A stretch of 64,000 nt of DNA from an uncultured delta proteobacterium (GCA_963789395.1 CAWBKP010000014.1:160001-224000); one strand, 5' to 3'. Counted from the stretch's first letter, positions 41,349 to 53,021 are shown. Program-made: numbers and translations. Notes: a model not told the origin generated them from the sequence alone.

Positions 41349-42077
41349 TTAACAATGTTTAAAAGGAATTGGGCAATTCGCTACCGTGACATCTTCCCGA
41401 AATTCTTGTTTGAGCCCTACGGCCCATATGGCTGCCTGTAAATCCTCCCGGCGCGTTTTAAGCGGAACGGCCAGGGCGATAAGCCCTTCGATGTATTCTT
41501 CCCTGTCATAGGCAATGCCGGTTTTCTTGACACTCAGAATCTCTTTTTTATAGGCTGCTTTGTCAATGATGGTCATGGGTGTGTATCGCTTGGGGGTATT
41601 CTGTGACAGGATCTCATCAATATCTGATTCAGACAGCTGCGAAAGAAGGGCTTTTCCGGCAACACCGGCAAAAATCGGTATTCTCATGCCGATTTCAGAT
41701 GATATTTTGATCCTGTGCGCCCGATCCGCTTTGTCGACGATAATGACTTTCTGGTCTGAAAGAATCCCAAAAAAAGTGGACAACTTAAATTCATTGTTGA
41801 TGGATTCGAGATAAGGATGCACCGTCTGGATCAGCTCAGATCCCTCGGCAGCGGCTCTGCCCAGGATAAACAGGCGAGACCCCAGCCTGTATGTCCCATC
41901 CGGCCCTTTTTCGAGTATATCAAGATCATTCATCGTATGCAGAATGTTGAATACCGTACTTTTATTCAGGTCCAGATTCCGGACGATTTCATTGAATCCA
42001 AAGGGACGGTTCGATTCGGCCATCAACGCCAAAATCGAAAAACATTTTTCAATTGCGGGCACTTTTTTATAGTTCAA
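41349..42077 (-). CDS. IclR family regulator heading the bam operon
   Basis: KVPAIEKCFSIL...LNKSTV, GVAGKALL and GIAYDREEYIEG. Probable TTG start at 42077. C-terminus likely frameshifted. Confidence 0.9.
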   Translation of the reverse strand: MNYKKVPAIEKCFSILALMAESNRPFGFNEIVRNLDLNKSTVFNILHTMNDLDILEKGPDGTYRLGSRLFILGRAAAEGSELIQTVHPYLESINNEFKLSTFFGILSDQKVIIVDKADRAHRIKISSEIGMRIPIFAGVAGKALLSQLSESDIDEILSQNTPKRYTPMTIIDKAAYKKEILSVKKTGIAYDREEYIEGLIALAVPLKTRREDLQAAIWAVGLKQEFREDVTVANCPIPFKHC

Positions 42078-42146
42078 TGTCGTGTCGCTCCAGAGGATAT
42101 CATCGTCCCATGCCTTCAGCTCAAACCAGAAAAAATGGATCACCAA

Positions 42147-42204
42147 TTGGTCTATATAGAGACCAATTGGTTTCCATATAGACCAATCCTTATTATTTTG
42201 TCAA
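42147..42204 (-). promoter_or_regulatory. Tandem 20-bp operators and -35 element for the IclR-bam operon
   Basis: TTGGTCTATATAGAGACCAA and TTGGTTTCCATATAGACCAA are adjacent (42147-42186). TTGACA on the minus strand at 42199-42204. Confidence 0.72.
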
Positions 42205-42361
42205 GCACAAAAAATGGTTCGAATCAAAATAAAAAGAGGGGTCAACCTTTGCTGATTCCTCTAAGAGAAATTAACAAGATTGATGAATATGAATCAATAA
42301 TAAAACGAACAAAGGTTCATTTTTAATTGACATTATTTCTTCTTGTGAGTATTTGAAGATA

Positions 42362-43072
42362 ATGGGTATTTTATATTTCATTCGACATGGCCAGGCCTCT
42401 TTCGGCCAGAAGAATTATGACCGGTTGTCGCCTGCGGGAATTCAACAGGCACGGATTCTCGGAGAATACCTGGCCGGAATCCGCTTTGTTTTTCATGAAG
42501 CTTACTGCGGCAATCTGGAGCGCCAGCAGCATACCGCCAGAGAAGTGATGGCCGGTTTCACGTCTGCGGGGATTAACTTCCCGTCCCCGGTAACCCAGGC
42601 GGCCTTTGATGAATACGACGCGTTTACGGTATGGAAGAATCAAACGCATAAAATGATACAGGAAAATGTGCTGCTGCCTGCGGATATCGATGAGACGCGA
42701 ACGGACAAACGAAAATTCCAACTGTTGTTTGAGCGGATCATGATGCGCTGGATTTCCGGAAATCATGACGCTCCAGGGGATATTCGCTGGAAAGATTTTG
42801 TAGACCGCGTTCTGTATGGCATCTCGGCGCTGACCAGCCATCATGGCTCCGGCCAGCATATTGCCGTTTTTACTTCAGGGGGTCCGATTGCCGTTGCCAT
42901 GCGTCTGGCCCTTGGCTTGACGGACTGTAAGACCATGGAAATATCCTGGCAGGTCATGAACGCTTCTATCAGTCGGTTTTATTTCAATTCCCGGGGGATT
43001 TTTCTGGCGGGATTCAACGATATCGCCCATCTGGCCATGAAACAGGACATGTCGCTATTAACCTATCGATAA
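42362..43072 (+). CDS. Histidine phosphatase family protein
   Basis: YFIRHGQASFG...YDRLS, RQQHTA, VFTSGGPI and NASIS. Confidence 0.88.
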   Translation: MGILYFIRHGQASFGQKNYDRLSPAGIQQARILGEYLAGIRFVFHEAYCGNLERQQHTAREVMAGFTSAGINFPSPVTQAAFDEYDAFTVWKNQTHKMIQENVLLPADIDETRTDKRKFQLLFERIMMRWISGNHDAPGDIRWKDFVDRVLYGISALTSHHGSGQHIAVFTSGGPIAVAMRLALGLTDCKTMEISWQVMNASISRFYFNSRGIFLAGFNDIAHLAMKQDMSLLTYR

Positions 43073-43863
43073 TGAAAACGGCAATTGCCGCATCCGACTT
43101 TTCACAACCCATAATTCAGCCGGGGAGACGGCGAATGACTTTTGCGGAATTTCAAAAAAAATACGATCTTTCCAGACAGGACATCAGCCGAAAAACCTAT
43201 CTTGAAAATCGCGATACCATTCTCATTAAAAAAGAAGCAACGGCCGTAAAGAACCTGGAAAATATTTACGGCGCTACCCTCAAGATCGCCAACAAAAAAG
43301 GCTTTCAGGCCATGACCATGCGGGACCTGAGCCGTGAAACCGGCATGAGCATGGGTTCGCTCTATACATATTTTACCAGCAAGGAAGCGCTTCTGAAAAC
43401 CCTTCAGGAACAGCACCGCAGTTTTTTTGTCCGCATTCTGGAAGAATGCATCGCAGAAGAAAGTGATCCGGTGGCAAAACTGCGCACAGCCATTCTGACC
43501 CATCTCTACCTGAGCGAAGCCATGCAGCCATGGTTTTATTTTTCCTTTATGGAAGCCAAAAACCTGTCCCGGACGGAAAAGGAAAAGGCTGTGGCCAGTG
43601 AACTGGTGACCGAAAAAATGATCTGCGATGTGCTGGAACAGGGGCAGGAAACAGGCGTTTTTTGCCGGCATGACCCCCGGATGGGAGCCGGCATCATCAA
43701 GGCCATGCTTCAGGACTGGTATCTCAAGCGCAGCAAGCACGCCAGAAGACAGGTATCAATCGACCAGTATGCAGCATATCTTCAGCAATTCATTGAAGCA
43801 TTTTTTCTAAATGGAACCGGTCATCAGGCGTCAGGCATCACTGGCCATGCTCGCGGGTTTTGA
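43072..43863 (+). CDS. TetR/AcrR family regulator
   Basis: [35 protein letters not shown]. Confidence 0.9.
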   Translation: MKTAIAASDFSQPIIQPGRRRMTFAEFQKKYDLSRQDISRKTYLENRDTILIKKEATAVKNLENIYGATLKIANKKGFQAMTMRDLSRETGMSMGSLYTYFTSKEALLKTLQEQHRSFFVRILEECIAEESDPVAKLRTAILTHLYLSEAMQPWFYFSFMEAKNLSRTEKEKAVASELVTEKMICDVLEQGQETGVFCRHDPRMGAGIIKAMLQDWYLKRSKHARRQVSIDQYAAYLQQFIEAFFLNGTGHQASGITGHARGF

Positions 43864-45427
43864 GAAATTCAACATCCGGCCATTGCTCCATTTCGTATCC
43901 CAGGCTCCACTCGCTTCTGGCAAGATATGCCAGATGGCCTTCGGCATCGCTGGCAAGCTGGGCCAGATTCTCTCTTTCAAAAACTGCCAGCCGGTTTTTG
44001 TCCGAACAGTAAATCCAGCGGGCAGTCGCATATTCCACGGACTCATATACGGCATCGACCCCGTATTCGTCCTTTAATCTGGCCATGGTCACATCAAACT
44101 GCAGCATACCGACTGCACCCAGAATATAGCTGTTGTCCAGTCTGGGGCGAAATACCTGAACCGCGCCTTCTTCAGCCAGCTGATAAAGCCCTTTGGTCAG
44201 CTGCTTGGTTTTCAAGGGGTTTTTCAGACGCACCCTTCGGAAATGTTCCGGGGCAAAATTCGGAATCCCGGTGAATTTCAGCGGCTCTTTGATCGTAAAC
44301 GTATCGCCGACCTTGATGGTACCGTGATTGTGAATGCCGATGATGTCCCCGGGATAGGCCTCCTCGACGTGGGCTCTGTCCTGTGCCATGAAGATGGTGG
44401 CATTGGACAGGGCCACTTCTTTTCCGATCCGGTGATGGAGAACCTTCATCCCCCTCGTGAACTTCCCGGAACAGATCCGTAAAAAAGCGATCCGGTCCCG
44501 ATGCGCGGGATCCATGTTGGCCTGGATTTTAAACACAAAACCTGAAAAATCGGCTTCACCCGGAAGCACCTCCCGCGTTGTCGTCTGTCTGGACCGGGGG
44601 GCGGGAGCCATTTCAACAAAGGAATCCAGCAGTTCCTGAACGCCGAAGTTATTGACGGCGCTGCCGAAAAAAACCGGACTCTGGTTACCCTTGAGAAATT
44701 CGGATGGATCAAAGGGGTTTGCCGCCCCCATGAGAAGATCAATGTCCTCGCGGAGTTCGTTGGCCTGGTCTCCAAGCAGCGCATCCAGCCGGGGGTCCAG
44801 AATGTCTTCGATAACGATTCCGTCCTGCTGGCGGACTTCTCTTCCAGGCGTGAACAGATGAAGGGATTTACGGTAAAGGTTATAAACCCCCTTGAACCGC
44901 TTACCGGAACCCACGGGCCAGGAAAGCGGCGAGCATTCGATCTGAAGCCGGTTTTCGATATCTTCCAGAAGATCAAGGGGGGCCATGCCTTCCCGGTCCA
45001 TTTTGTTGATAAAGGTGATAATGGGGGTGTTTCGCATGCGGCAGACCGCCATCAGTTTTTCCGTCTGCGTCTCGACACCCTTGGCGCTGTCGATGACCAT
45101 GAGCGCGCTGTCCACCGCCGTAAGCACCCTGTAGGTATCTTCGGAAAAATCCTGATGCCCGGGTGTATCCAGCAGGTTGATTTCAAAATCCCGGTAATTG
45201 AATTTCATGACCGATGTGGTAACGGAAATCCCCCGCTCTTTTTCAACAGACATCCAGTCGCTGGTGGCATGCCGTGCGGCCTTTCTGGCCTTGACAGCTC
45301 CGGCAAGCTGAATGGCGCCGCCGAACAAGAGGAGTTTTTCGGTCAACGTGGTTTTTCCGGCATCCGGATGGCTGATAATGCCAAAGGTTCTGCGCCGGTT
45401 TATCTCATCTGTATAATTGCTCTGCAT
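43838..45427 (-). CDS. prfC: Peptide chain release factor 3
   Basis: [38 protein letters not shown] and [14 protein letters not shown]. Confidence 0.97.
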   Translation of the reverse strand: MQSNYTDEINRRRTFGIISHPDAGKTTLTEKLLLFGGAIQLAGAVKARKAARHATSDWMSVEKERGISVTTSVMKFNYRDFEINLLDTPGHQDFSEDTYRVLTAVDSALMVIDSAKGVETQTEKLMAVCRMRNTPIITFINKMDREGMAPLDLLEDIENRLQIECSPLSWPVGSGKRFKGVYNLYRKSLHLFTPGREVRQQDGIVIEDILDPRLDALLGDQANELREDIDLLMGAANPFDPSEFLKGNQSPVFFGSAVNNFGVQELLDSFVEMAPAPRSRQTTTREVLPGEADFSGFVFKIQANMDPAHRDRIAFLRICSGKFTRGMKVLHHRIGKEVALSNATIFMAQDRAHVEEAYPGDIIGIHNHGTIKVGDTFTIKEPLKFTGIPNFAPEHFRRVRLKNPLKTKQLTKGLYQLAEEGAVQVFRPRLDNSYILGAVGMLQFDVTMARLKDEYGVDAVYESVEYATARWIYCSDKNRLAVFERENLAQLASDAEGHLAYLARSEWSLGYEMEQWPDVEFLKTREHGQ

Positions 45428-45672
45428 CGTGTGAACCTCAACAACCGTTCCAAGGCACATAAAAATGGAAAAATTTCAATTTATTGTCGTACTGGATATT
45501 GACAGATCAGGGGATTTCTTTGTAGATGACTAGATGTTGGAAATTCCTGTTCATGCTGGGTCCGGAGGCATGCTTCAGAAACGGCAATACATCTTCTGGA
45601 TTTTCTGAACGTCATTATGCTGTTATTATAACCTGTAAATATAACCCATTCTTTACTGGATAGCAACAGATT

Positions 45673-46386
45673 ATGGAAAAACTGCCGCCGCAGACCTACG
45701 ACAAGTACATCAAGGGCATCATGGATATCAGCCGGGCCATTACCTCTGATCTGTACCAGGAAGACATTCTGAAACTGATCGTGATGGTAACCGCCAAAGT
45801 CACCGGTGTGGAAATCTGTTCGCTCTGGCTGATCGATGAAGGATCAGATCCATTGAAAATCCGGCTGACAGCCACCCAGGCCATTGATCCGGATTATCTC
45901 AAGGATCGGTCGCTGAGCATGGATGAAGGGATTGTAGGATATGTTGCCACGCATAAAATGCCGGTGATCATTCCCAATGTCCTGAAGGAACCCCGTTTCA
46001 AGGAAAAAGACATGGCCAAGCGCCTGGGTCTGGTATCCATGGTCAGTGTTCCGCTTCAGGTCAAGCATGAAAAAGTCATCGGCGTTCTCAACTGCTTTAC
46101 CGCCGAACCCCATGCATTTTCCGAAACCGAGGTCAATCTGATCCAGACCGTTGCCAATCAGGCTGCGGTTGCCATTGTTAACACCGAATTGATGGTAAAA
46201 ACACGGGTGATTCAGGAGGAATTGGAAACGCGCAAACTCGTTGAACGGGCAAAGGAGATTCTCATGCTTCGCAGGGATAAAACCGGGGAGCAGGCCTATC
46301 GCTGGATTCAGAAGCGAAGCATGACCACCCGCAAATCCATGCGCAGTGTGGCTGAAGCCATTTTACTCTCTGAAGAACTGGATTAA
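45673..46386 (+). CDS. GAF + ANTAR domain RNA-binding regulator
   Basis: GAF domain (EGIVGYVA, SVPL, IGVLN, VANQAAVAI) plus ANTAR (LETRKLVERAKEILM...AYRWIQKRSM...VAEAI). Confidence 0.9.
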   Translation: MEKLPPQTYDKYIKGIMDISRAITSDLYQEDILKLIVMVTAKVTGVEICSLWLIDEGSDPLKIRLTATQAIDPDYLKDRSLSMDEGIVGYVATHKMPVIIPNVLKEPRFKEKDMAKRLGLVSMVSVPLQVKHEKVIGVLNCFTAEPHAFSETEVNLIQTVANQAAVAIVNTELMVKTRVIQEELETRKLVERAKEILMLRRDKTGEQAYRWIQKRSMTTRKSMRSVAEAILLSEELD

Positions 46387-46788
46387 TCAGCCACCTGCAA
46401 CATACAGACCCCGTCGCTTTCGCTGGATCTTTCCGGTCTTATGAAGCCGATGGAGAATGTTGCGGATTTTTTTTTCATCAAAATGCGTGATTTCGGATAT
46501 TCCGGCATAATCCAGGCCCTGAGCAGAACCCTTGATCGCTTTTAAAATGACCCCTGAAGCGTTCAATGTCTGGCCGGAACCTGACATGCGGGTGTTGCCG
46601 CTACCGGCGCTGGAACCTCCGGAACGTTTGGGCTTTCCGCAAATAGCATTCTTTTTGATGGTTTTTTCCAGCTGGTCCAGCCGGTTCACAATTCTTTGAA
46701 TATCCTGTCGGGTGGGTATTTCAAAGCGAATCATGAAAAATTTTATCATCGCATCAAAACTTACCGATTTACCGCTTTTTTTAGCCAT
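46387..46788 (-). CDS. Hypothetical protein with a C-terminal winged-HTH-like domain
   Basis: ATG at 46788 after AGGA. N-terminal coiled coil, Gly/Ser linker, then KIRNILHRLHKTGKIQRKRRGLY. Confidence 0.75.
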   Translation of the reverse strand: MAKKSGKSVSFDAMIKFFMIRFEIPTRQDIQRIVNRLDQLEKTIKKNAICGKPKRSGGSSAGSGNTRMSGSGQTLNASGVILKAIKGSAQGLDYAGISEITHFDEKKIRNILHRLHKTGKIQRKRRGLYVAGG

Positions 46789-46984
46789 GGTTTTTCCTGT
46801 TCGCAGAAAATCATTGTTGATGGCTGAGCTAGGATAATTACATTGACGCGTCATGGTCGGATGATCATGAAAGAGATATTATTGTTTTTTTGATGGTTTT
46901 ATATTATTTATTGTAAATGGATTTTGGAATATTTCAATAAAAATTCCGGGGATGCAGTTAAATTCTCTGTTCGGGAAGGCAAAA

Positions 46985-47467
46985 ATGGAAGATAACAAAC
47001 CGCCCATCATCATGGGCAGTGATCATGCGGCCTACGATCTGAAAGAATACCTGAAAGCGTTTATAAAGCAAAAAGGCATTGAAATTCAGGATATTGGCGC
47101 GCACAGCGCCCAATCTGTCGATTATCCGGATTTTGCATTTCAGGTAGCTGCCGCTGTTTCAGCCGGAGAATATTCCCGCGGCATTCTGCTTTGCGGCACT
47201 GGCCTGGGAATGTCCATGGTGGCCAATAAATTTCCGCATGTCCGTGCAGCATTATGCAACGACCTGTTCTCCGCGATCATGAGCAGGCGCCATAACAACG
47301 CCAATATTCTGGTCATGGGAGGGCGGGTCATCGGCGATGTTCTGGCAAAGGAGATCGTTACCGCGTGGCTGGAAACCCCTTTTGAAGGTGGCAGACATCA
47401 AAAGCGGCTCGATAAATTTGAGAAAATGGGCTGTATGTTCCCTGGTGACACCCCCCCTTGCCAATAA
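46985..47467 (+). CDS. rpiB: Ribose-5-phosphate isomerase B
   Basis: GSDHAA, SVDYPD, CGTGLG, SRRHNNAN and FEGGRH. Confidence 0.95.
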   Translation: MEDNKPPIIMGSDHAAYDLKEYLKAFIKQKGIEIQDIGAHSAQSVDYPDFAFQVAAAVSAGEYSRGILLCGTGLGMSMVANKFPHVRAALCNDLFSAIMSRRHNNANILVMGGRVIGDVLAKEIVTAWLETPFEGGRHQKRLDKFEKMGCMFPGDTPPCQ

Positions 47468-47502
47468 CCACCAATAACCACTAAACCGTTCAGAGGCACC
47501 AC

Positions 47503-48747
47503 TTGATCTTATCCACAATCGAACGCATCGACCCGGAAATTGCGGGGGTGATTGCAAGGGAGTATGAAAGACAGGAGAATACACTGGAGCTGATCGCTTC
47601 GGAAAATATTGCCAGTCAGGCTGTTATGGATGCCCAGGGAAGCGTATTGACCAATAAATACGCCGAAGGGTATCCGGGCAAACGCTATTACGGCGGATGT
47701 GAATGGGTGGATGTGGCGGAAAATCTGGCCATCGAAAGGGCAAACCAGCTGTTTCATTCCACCTATGCCAATGTCCAGCCCCACTCCGGATCTCAGGCCA
47801 ACATGTCCGTATATTTTGCATTTCTCAATCCCGGAGATACCATTCTGGGCATGAACCTTTCCCACGGGGGGCATCTGACGCATGGAAGCCCGGTCAGTTT
47901 TTCAGGCAGGTTTTACAAGACCGCCCACTACGGGGTTGATGCCCGGACCGGATGCATCGATTATGATGCGGTTGAAGACATCGCCCAAAAAATCAAACCC
48001 AACATGATTATCGCCGGCGCCAGTGCCTATGCGCGAACCCTCGATTTTGAGGCGTTTGCCCGGATCGCCCGATCCGCCGGCGCCTATTTGATGGTGGATA
48101 TGGCGCATATCGCGGGCCTGGTGGCCGCCGGCCTGCATCCTTCACCAGTTCCCCACGCCGATGTCGTGACCTCGACGACCCACAAAACCCTCAGGGGCCC
48201 TCGCGGCGGTCTGATCGTATCGGCAACGCCCTGCAGCGACAAGTTGAACCGGCAGGTTTTTCCCGGCATCCAGGGCGGCCCGCTCATGCATGTCATCGCC
48301 GCAAAAGCCGTTGCCTTCAAGCTGGCACTGACGGATGAATTCAAATCCTATCAGCAGGATGTCGTCACCAATGCCAAAACCCTTTCCACCTGCCTGATGG
48401 AGAACGGGGTCAATCTGGTATCGAACGGCACCGACAACCACATGATGCTTGTGGATTTAACCAACCTGGACATCACCGGCAAAGATGCTGAAATCGCTCT
48501 GGGAAAATCCGGAATCACCGTCAACAAGAATTCGATTCCTTTTGAAACCCGAAGCCCCCAGGTAACCAGCGGCATTCGCATCGGAACCCCTGCCGTGACC
48601 ACACGGGGGATGCGGACGCCGGAAATGGCGATGATTGCCGAGCTGATCGTTTCGGTGCTGAAAAAGCCTTTTGCGGAAACGGTCATTGCACGGACTCGGC
48701 AAAAAGTTCATGATCTCTGTACGGCATTTCCGATGTATCATCGTTAA
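47503..48747 (+). CDS. glyA: Serine hydroxymethyltransferase
   Basis: [29 protein letters not shown] and [12 protein letters not shown]. Confidence 0.97.
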   Translation: MILSTIERIDPEIAGVIAREYERQENTLELIASENIASQAVMDAQGSVLTNKYAEGYPGKRYYGGCEWVDVAENLAIERANQLFHSTYANVQPHSGSQANMSVYFAFLNPGDTILGMNLSHGGHLTHGSPVSFSGRFYKTAHYGVDARTGCIDYDAVEDIAQKIKPNMIIAGASAYARTLDFEAFARIARSAGAYLMVDMAHIAGLVAAGLHPSPVPHADVVTSTTHKTLRGPRGGLIVSATPCSDKLNRQVFPGIQGGPLMHVIAAKAVAFKLALTDEFKSYQQDVVTNAKTLSTCLMENGVNLVSNGTDNHMMLVDLTNLDITGKDAEIALGKSGITVNKNSIPFETRSPQVTSGIRIGTPAVTTRGMRTPEMAMIAELIVSVLKKPFAETVIARTRQKVHDLCTAFPMYHR

Positions 48748-48823
48748 TACTGCATATCAGATCAGCGTTGCGTTGCATCCGGTAATATTCACCGATTTTT
48801 CGAAAGGCCTGAACAGGGAGTCA

Positions 48824-49312
48824 ATGCAAGACAGGAATCCACATATCGTATTTTCTGAGAAAACCAGTGTCAGCCGACCATCCTGGGAAACCTATTTCAT
48901 GGATATCGCCAGACTGGTTGCCAGCCGGTCCACATGCCGAAGACGTTCCGTAGGCGCGGTGATTGTCAAGGACAAACGCATCCTCTCAACGGGCTACAAC
49001 GGGGCGCCATCGGGATTGTCTCACTGTCTGGATATCGGATGTCTCCGGGAAAAACTCATGGTGGCCTCTGGCCAGCGGCATGAACTGTGCCGGGGGATTC
49101 ATGCGGAACAGAATGCCATCATTCAGGCGGCTTATCATGGCTTTTCCATTAAAACTTCCGTGTTGTATTGCACGAATCTTCCCTGCGCCATCTGCACCAA
49201 GATGATCATCAATGCGGGGATTTGCCGGATATACTATCAAGAAGGCTATGCAGACGAGCTGTCGCTAACGATGCTCGGCGAGGCCGGCATTGAGGTCATT
49301 CAGACATTGTGA
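48824..49312 (+). CDS. dCMP deaminase family protein (ComEB-like)
   Basis: [24 protein letters not shown] and PCAIC. Confidence 0.93.
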   Translation: MQDRNPHIVFSEKTSVSRPSWETYFMDIARLVASRSTCRRRSVGAVIVKDKRILSTGYNGAPSGLSHCLDIGCLREKLMVASGQRHELCRGIHAEQNAIIQAAYHGFSIKTSVLYCTNLPCAICTKMIINAGICRIYYQEGYADELSLTMLGEAGIEVIQTL

Positions 49313-49360
49313 CACCGGCTGACGTTTTTCATTCTTCCGGTATCGGCACTTTGAATTTGT

Positions 49361-49416
49361 TTCGAGTTTCGGACTTCGATATTCGGATTTTGCCTGATCG
49401 GCCTTTCCGTTCAGGC
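49361..49416 (-). repeat. REP-like intergenic element, copy 1
   Basis: Four TTCGnnn heptads followed by the GCCTGATCGG-N5-CCGTTCAGGC hairpin. Confidence 0.7.
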
Positions 49417-49470
49417 ACATGCTCATTGCTGAGAAAAAATGTTCTTGCCGCATATGGGGGAGTAAGCTGA

Positions 49471-49932
49471 ATGAAATGTCCGTTTTGCGCAGATACGGAA
49501 AATAAAGTCATTGACTCCAGGTTGAGCAAGGAAGGGTATGTGATTCGGCGGCGACGGGAATGCCTGGCCTGCAACCGGCGCTTTACTACCTATGAACGGA
49601 TTGAAGAAATTCCCTTGATGATAATCAAGAAAGACGGCCGCCGGGAGGAATTCAACCGGGATAAAATTCGAAGCGGCATTACCAAAGCCTGCGAGAAACG
49701 CAATGTCAGCATGAACAGTATCGAAGACTTTCTGGATGAGCTGGAACAGGAACTGCGTGAAACCGGAAAAAAGGAAATCCCGTCCGCTGTCGTGGGCGAG
49801 CGGGTGATCACCCGGCTGCATGACCTGGATGAGATTGCCTATGTCCGGTTTGCCTCCGTTTACAGGGAATTTAAAGATGTGAACGATTTTGTCCAGGAGC
49901 TGAAGCTGATGCTGGAAAACAACCGACCGTGA
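49471..49932 (+). CDS. nrdR: Transcriptional repressor NrdR
   Basis: MKCPFC, VIDSR, IRRRRECLAC, RFTTYE and AYVRFASVY. Confidence 0.97.
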   Translation: MKCPFCADTENKVIDSRLSKEGYVIRRRRECLACNRRFTTYERIEEIPLMIIKKDGRREEFNRDKIRSGITKACEKRNVSMNSIEDFLDELEQELRETGKKEIPSAVVGERVITRLHDLDEIAYVRFASVYREFKDVNDFVQELKLMLENNRP

Positions 49933-51040
49933 CGGATCACGGCACATACATGCGGATGGCCCTCGATCTGGCTGCAAAAGGGGCGGGATATACGTCTCCC
50001 AACCCGATGGTCGGAGCCGTGGTCGTGGATCCGGACGGCAGGATCGTCGGACGGGGATATCATCAGTCGGTTGGCGGGCCCCACGCTGAAGTTCATGCCA
50101 TTGACAATGCGGGACCTGCTGCAAAAGGGGCGACCCTGTTTGTCACCCTTGAACCCTGCAACCACAGCGGCCGGACACCGCCCTGCACCCAGAAAATCCT
50201 GGATGCGGGAATTGCGCATGTCGTGGTCGCCATGACGGACCCCAACCCGGGCGTCACGGGCGGCGGCAACGCCCATCTGATTGCAAGGGGCGTCAAGGTT
50301 ACGGTGGGCGTGTGTGAAGAACAGGCAAGACAGCTGAATGAAGCCTTTATCAAATTCATGACCACCGGAAGGCCGTTTGTCACCCTGAAATGCGCCGCCA
50401 CACTGGACGGCAGGCTGGCCACGCGGACCGGAGACTCCAGATGGGTGACGGGAGAAGCCTCCAGAGCCTATGTTCACAGCCTCAGGCACGCACACGATGC
50501 AATTCTGGTAGGCGCAGGAACCGTAAAAACAGACAACCCCATGTTGACAACCCGGATTCCCGCCTCCCCGGATGGCAGAAAGCCCAAAGATCCGTTGCGG
50601 ATCATTCTGGACACCCGCCTGACGATCCCGGATACTGCCTTCGTGCTTCACCCTGAATCCGATGCGGAAACCCTGATTGTCACCGGACCGATCGACGCTG
50701 AGCGGCAAAACGCCCTTCCCCGGAATCAGAAAGTCCGGATACTGGAATACCCGCTTCAAAACGGTCGGATCGACCTGAACGCGCTGATGGACGGCCTCGG
50801 AAACATGGGGGTGACCAGCCTTTTGATTGAAGGCGGCAGCCGGGTGATTGCCGCTTCTCTGGCCGCCGGCATCGTGGATAAGGTTCTCTTTTTTATGCCC
50901 CCAAGATATTGGGCGGTGATGACGGTGTGCCGATCTGCAAGGGGCCCGGCCCCGAATTGATGAAAGACTGCATTCCGGTAAACACGATAACGGTTCGACG
51001 GTTTGATCAGGACATCCTCATCGAAGGCTATCTGAAATAA
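49929..51040 (+). CDS. ribD: Bifunctional riboflavin deaminase/reductase, frameshift in a T-run at 50889-50894
   Basis: PNPMVG, HAE, TLEPCNH and LLIEGG. One extra T restores FFYAPKILGG...DILIEGYLK, ending at 51040. Confidence 0.95.
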
Positions 51041-51114
51041 GCCGTAACCGCGCTCAGAGCTTTGGTACCAGGGGTTAATTTTTTTGTTTCTTTGACTTTT
51101 TTACGGGAATATAT

Positions 51115-51774
51115 ATGTTTACGGGTATTATTGAGGGACAGGGAACCATTGCGGCGATTCAACCCTCGGGAACAGGCAGACGGCTGACCGTTACCACCGG
51201 ATTTGATCTGACGCACAGCCGGGTCGGCGACAGCATTGCCGTCAACGGCGCCTGCCTGACCGCGGTAGAGATCGGCAGCCGCCGTTTTGTGGCGGATGTG
51301 TCTCCGGAAACCCTGGACCGGACGACATTCGGAAAATCCAAAATCGGCCAGAAGGTCAATCTGGAACGCGCGCTCCGGCTTTCCGACCGCATCGACGGCC
51401 ATCTGGTTTCCGGCCATATCGACGGCATGGGAACCATTGCTCAGAAAAAAGCCGATGGAAATGCCGTGATCGTCACGATTACGGTTCCGGAGTCGCTATC
51501 CCGTTACATGATTCAAAAAGGATCTGTTGCCGTGGACGGCATCAGCCTGACCGTTAACCGGTGTTCAGCGGAAAATTTTGAAGTCAGCATCATTCCCCAC
51601 ACCGCCGGACTCACCACCATCGGGGTCAAGACAGCCGGAGATCCGGTCAACATAGAAACCGATATGATCGGAAAATATGTGGAGCGGTTTTTGATGCCGC
51701 ATCATCAACAAAAAGCGCATGATGCTTCCGCCGGCCTGGATATGCAGTTTCTGGCCAGGTCCGGTTTTTTATAA
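51115..51774 (+). CDS. ribE: Riboflavin synthase
   Basis: MFTGIIE, GDSIAVNGACLT, GHLVSGHID and KGSVAVDGISLT. Confidence 0.96.
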   Translation: MFTGIIEGQGTIAAIQPSGTGRRLTVTTGFDLTHSRVGDSIAVNGACLTAVEIGSRRFVADVSPETLDRTTFGKSKIGQKVNLERALRLSDRIDGHLVSGHIDGMGTIAQKKADGNAVIVTITVPESLSRYMIQKGSVAVDGISLTVNRCSAENFEVSIIPHTAGLTTIGVKTAGDPVNIETDMIGKYVERFLMPHHQQKAHDASAGLDMQFLARSGFL

Positions 51775-51806
51775 CAGACGTCATTTAAGGAGAATAATTT
51801 TACGAA

Positions 51807-53021
51807 ATGCCACTGATATCAATAGAACAAGCGATTGAAGATATTAAAGCCGGAAAAATGGTGATTCTGGTGGATGATGAGGACCGGGAAAACGAAGGCG
51901 ATCTGACCATCGCAGCCGAGAAAGTTACCCCGGAGATCATCAATTTCATGGCCCGCTTCGGCAGGGGTCTGATCTGCCTGTCGATGACAGGTGAAAAGCT
52001 GGACAGCCTGAATCTGCCGATGATGGTCAAGGACAACACCTCGCCGTTCAATACGGGGTTTACCGTGTCCATCGAAGCCCGGCGCGGCGTAACAACCGGC
52101 ATCTCGGCGGCGGATCGCGCCACCACCATCCTGACGGCCATTGCCGATGACACCAAACCCGGTGATCTGGTCAGACCCGGGCATATTTTCCCGTTACGGG
52201 CCAGAAAAGGCGGGGTGATGGTCAGGGCCGGACAGACCGAAGGCTCTGTCGATCTGGCCAGACTGGCCGGATTAAAACCGGCAGGCGTCATCTGCGAAAT
52301 CATGGACGAAGACGGCACCATGTCCCGAATGCCGTCACTTGAAATATTCAGTGAAGAACACGGCATCGGCATCTGTACCATTGCCGATCTCATCGAATAC
52401 CGGATGCGGATGGAATCCTTTGTCCGCCGGTCCGCGGAAGCCGTCATTCCCACGGCCTTTGCCGGTGAATTCAAAGTAATCGTTTATGAAAACGACGTCG
52501 ATGACCTGCTGCATGTTGCGCTGGTTAAAGGGGAAATTTCTTCCGAACAGCCGATTCTGGTTCGGGTTCACTCCGAATGCCTGACCGGTGACGTGTTCGG
52601 CTCCTTGCGATGCGACTGCGGGGATCAACTGCATAAGGCCATGGAGATGATGGACAGGGAGGGTTCCGGCATTCTGCTTTACATGCGGCAGGAAGGAAGG
52701 GGGATCGGCCTTGTCAACAAATTGAAGGCATATGTGCTGCAGGACCAGGGAATGGATACGGTTGAGGCCAATCTTGAACTCGGCTTTCAGGCGGATATGC
52801 GTAATTACGGCATCGGCGCCCAGGTGCTGGTTGATCTCGGTGTCAAAAAAATGAGGCTCCTGACCAATAATCCCAAAAAAATCATCGGTCTTGACGGGTA
52901 TGGGTTGAGCCTTATCGAACAGATTCCCATTGAAATCGAACCCAATGAATTCAACCGGTGCTACCTGGAGTGCAAACAATCCAAGATGGGGCATCTGCTG
53001 CATGTTGACCGAACCCCTTAA
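51807..53021 (+). CDS. ribBA: DHBP synthase / GTP cyclohydrolase II
   Basis: [32 protein letters not shown] and QEGRGIG. Confidence 0.97.
   Translation: MPLISIEQAIEDIKAGKMVILVDDEDRENEGDLTIAAEKVTPEIINFMARFGRGLICLSMTGEKLDSLNLPMMVKDNTSPFNTGFTVSIEARRGVTTGISAADRATTILTAIADDTKPGDLVRPGHIFPLRARKGGVMVRAGQTEGSVDLARLAGLKPAGVICEIMDEDGTMSRMPSLEIFSEEHGIGICTIADLIEYRMRMESFVRRSAEAVIPTAFAGEFKVIVYENDVDDLLHVALVKGEISSEQPILVRVHSECLTGDVFGSLRCDCGDQLHKAMEMMDREGSGILLYMRQEGRGIGLVNKLKAYVLQDQGMDTVEANLELGFQADMRNYGIGAQVLVDLGVKKMRLLTNNPKKIIGLDGYGLSLIEQIPIEIEPNEFNRCYLECKQSKMGHLLHVDRTP

Noticed and set aside
49313..51115. FMN riboswitch for the rib genes
   Set aside because: No RFN consensus seen; the spacers are short or occupied by the REP-like element.
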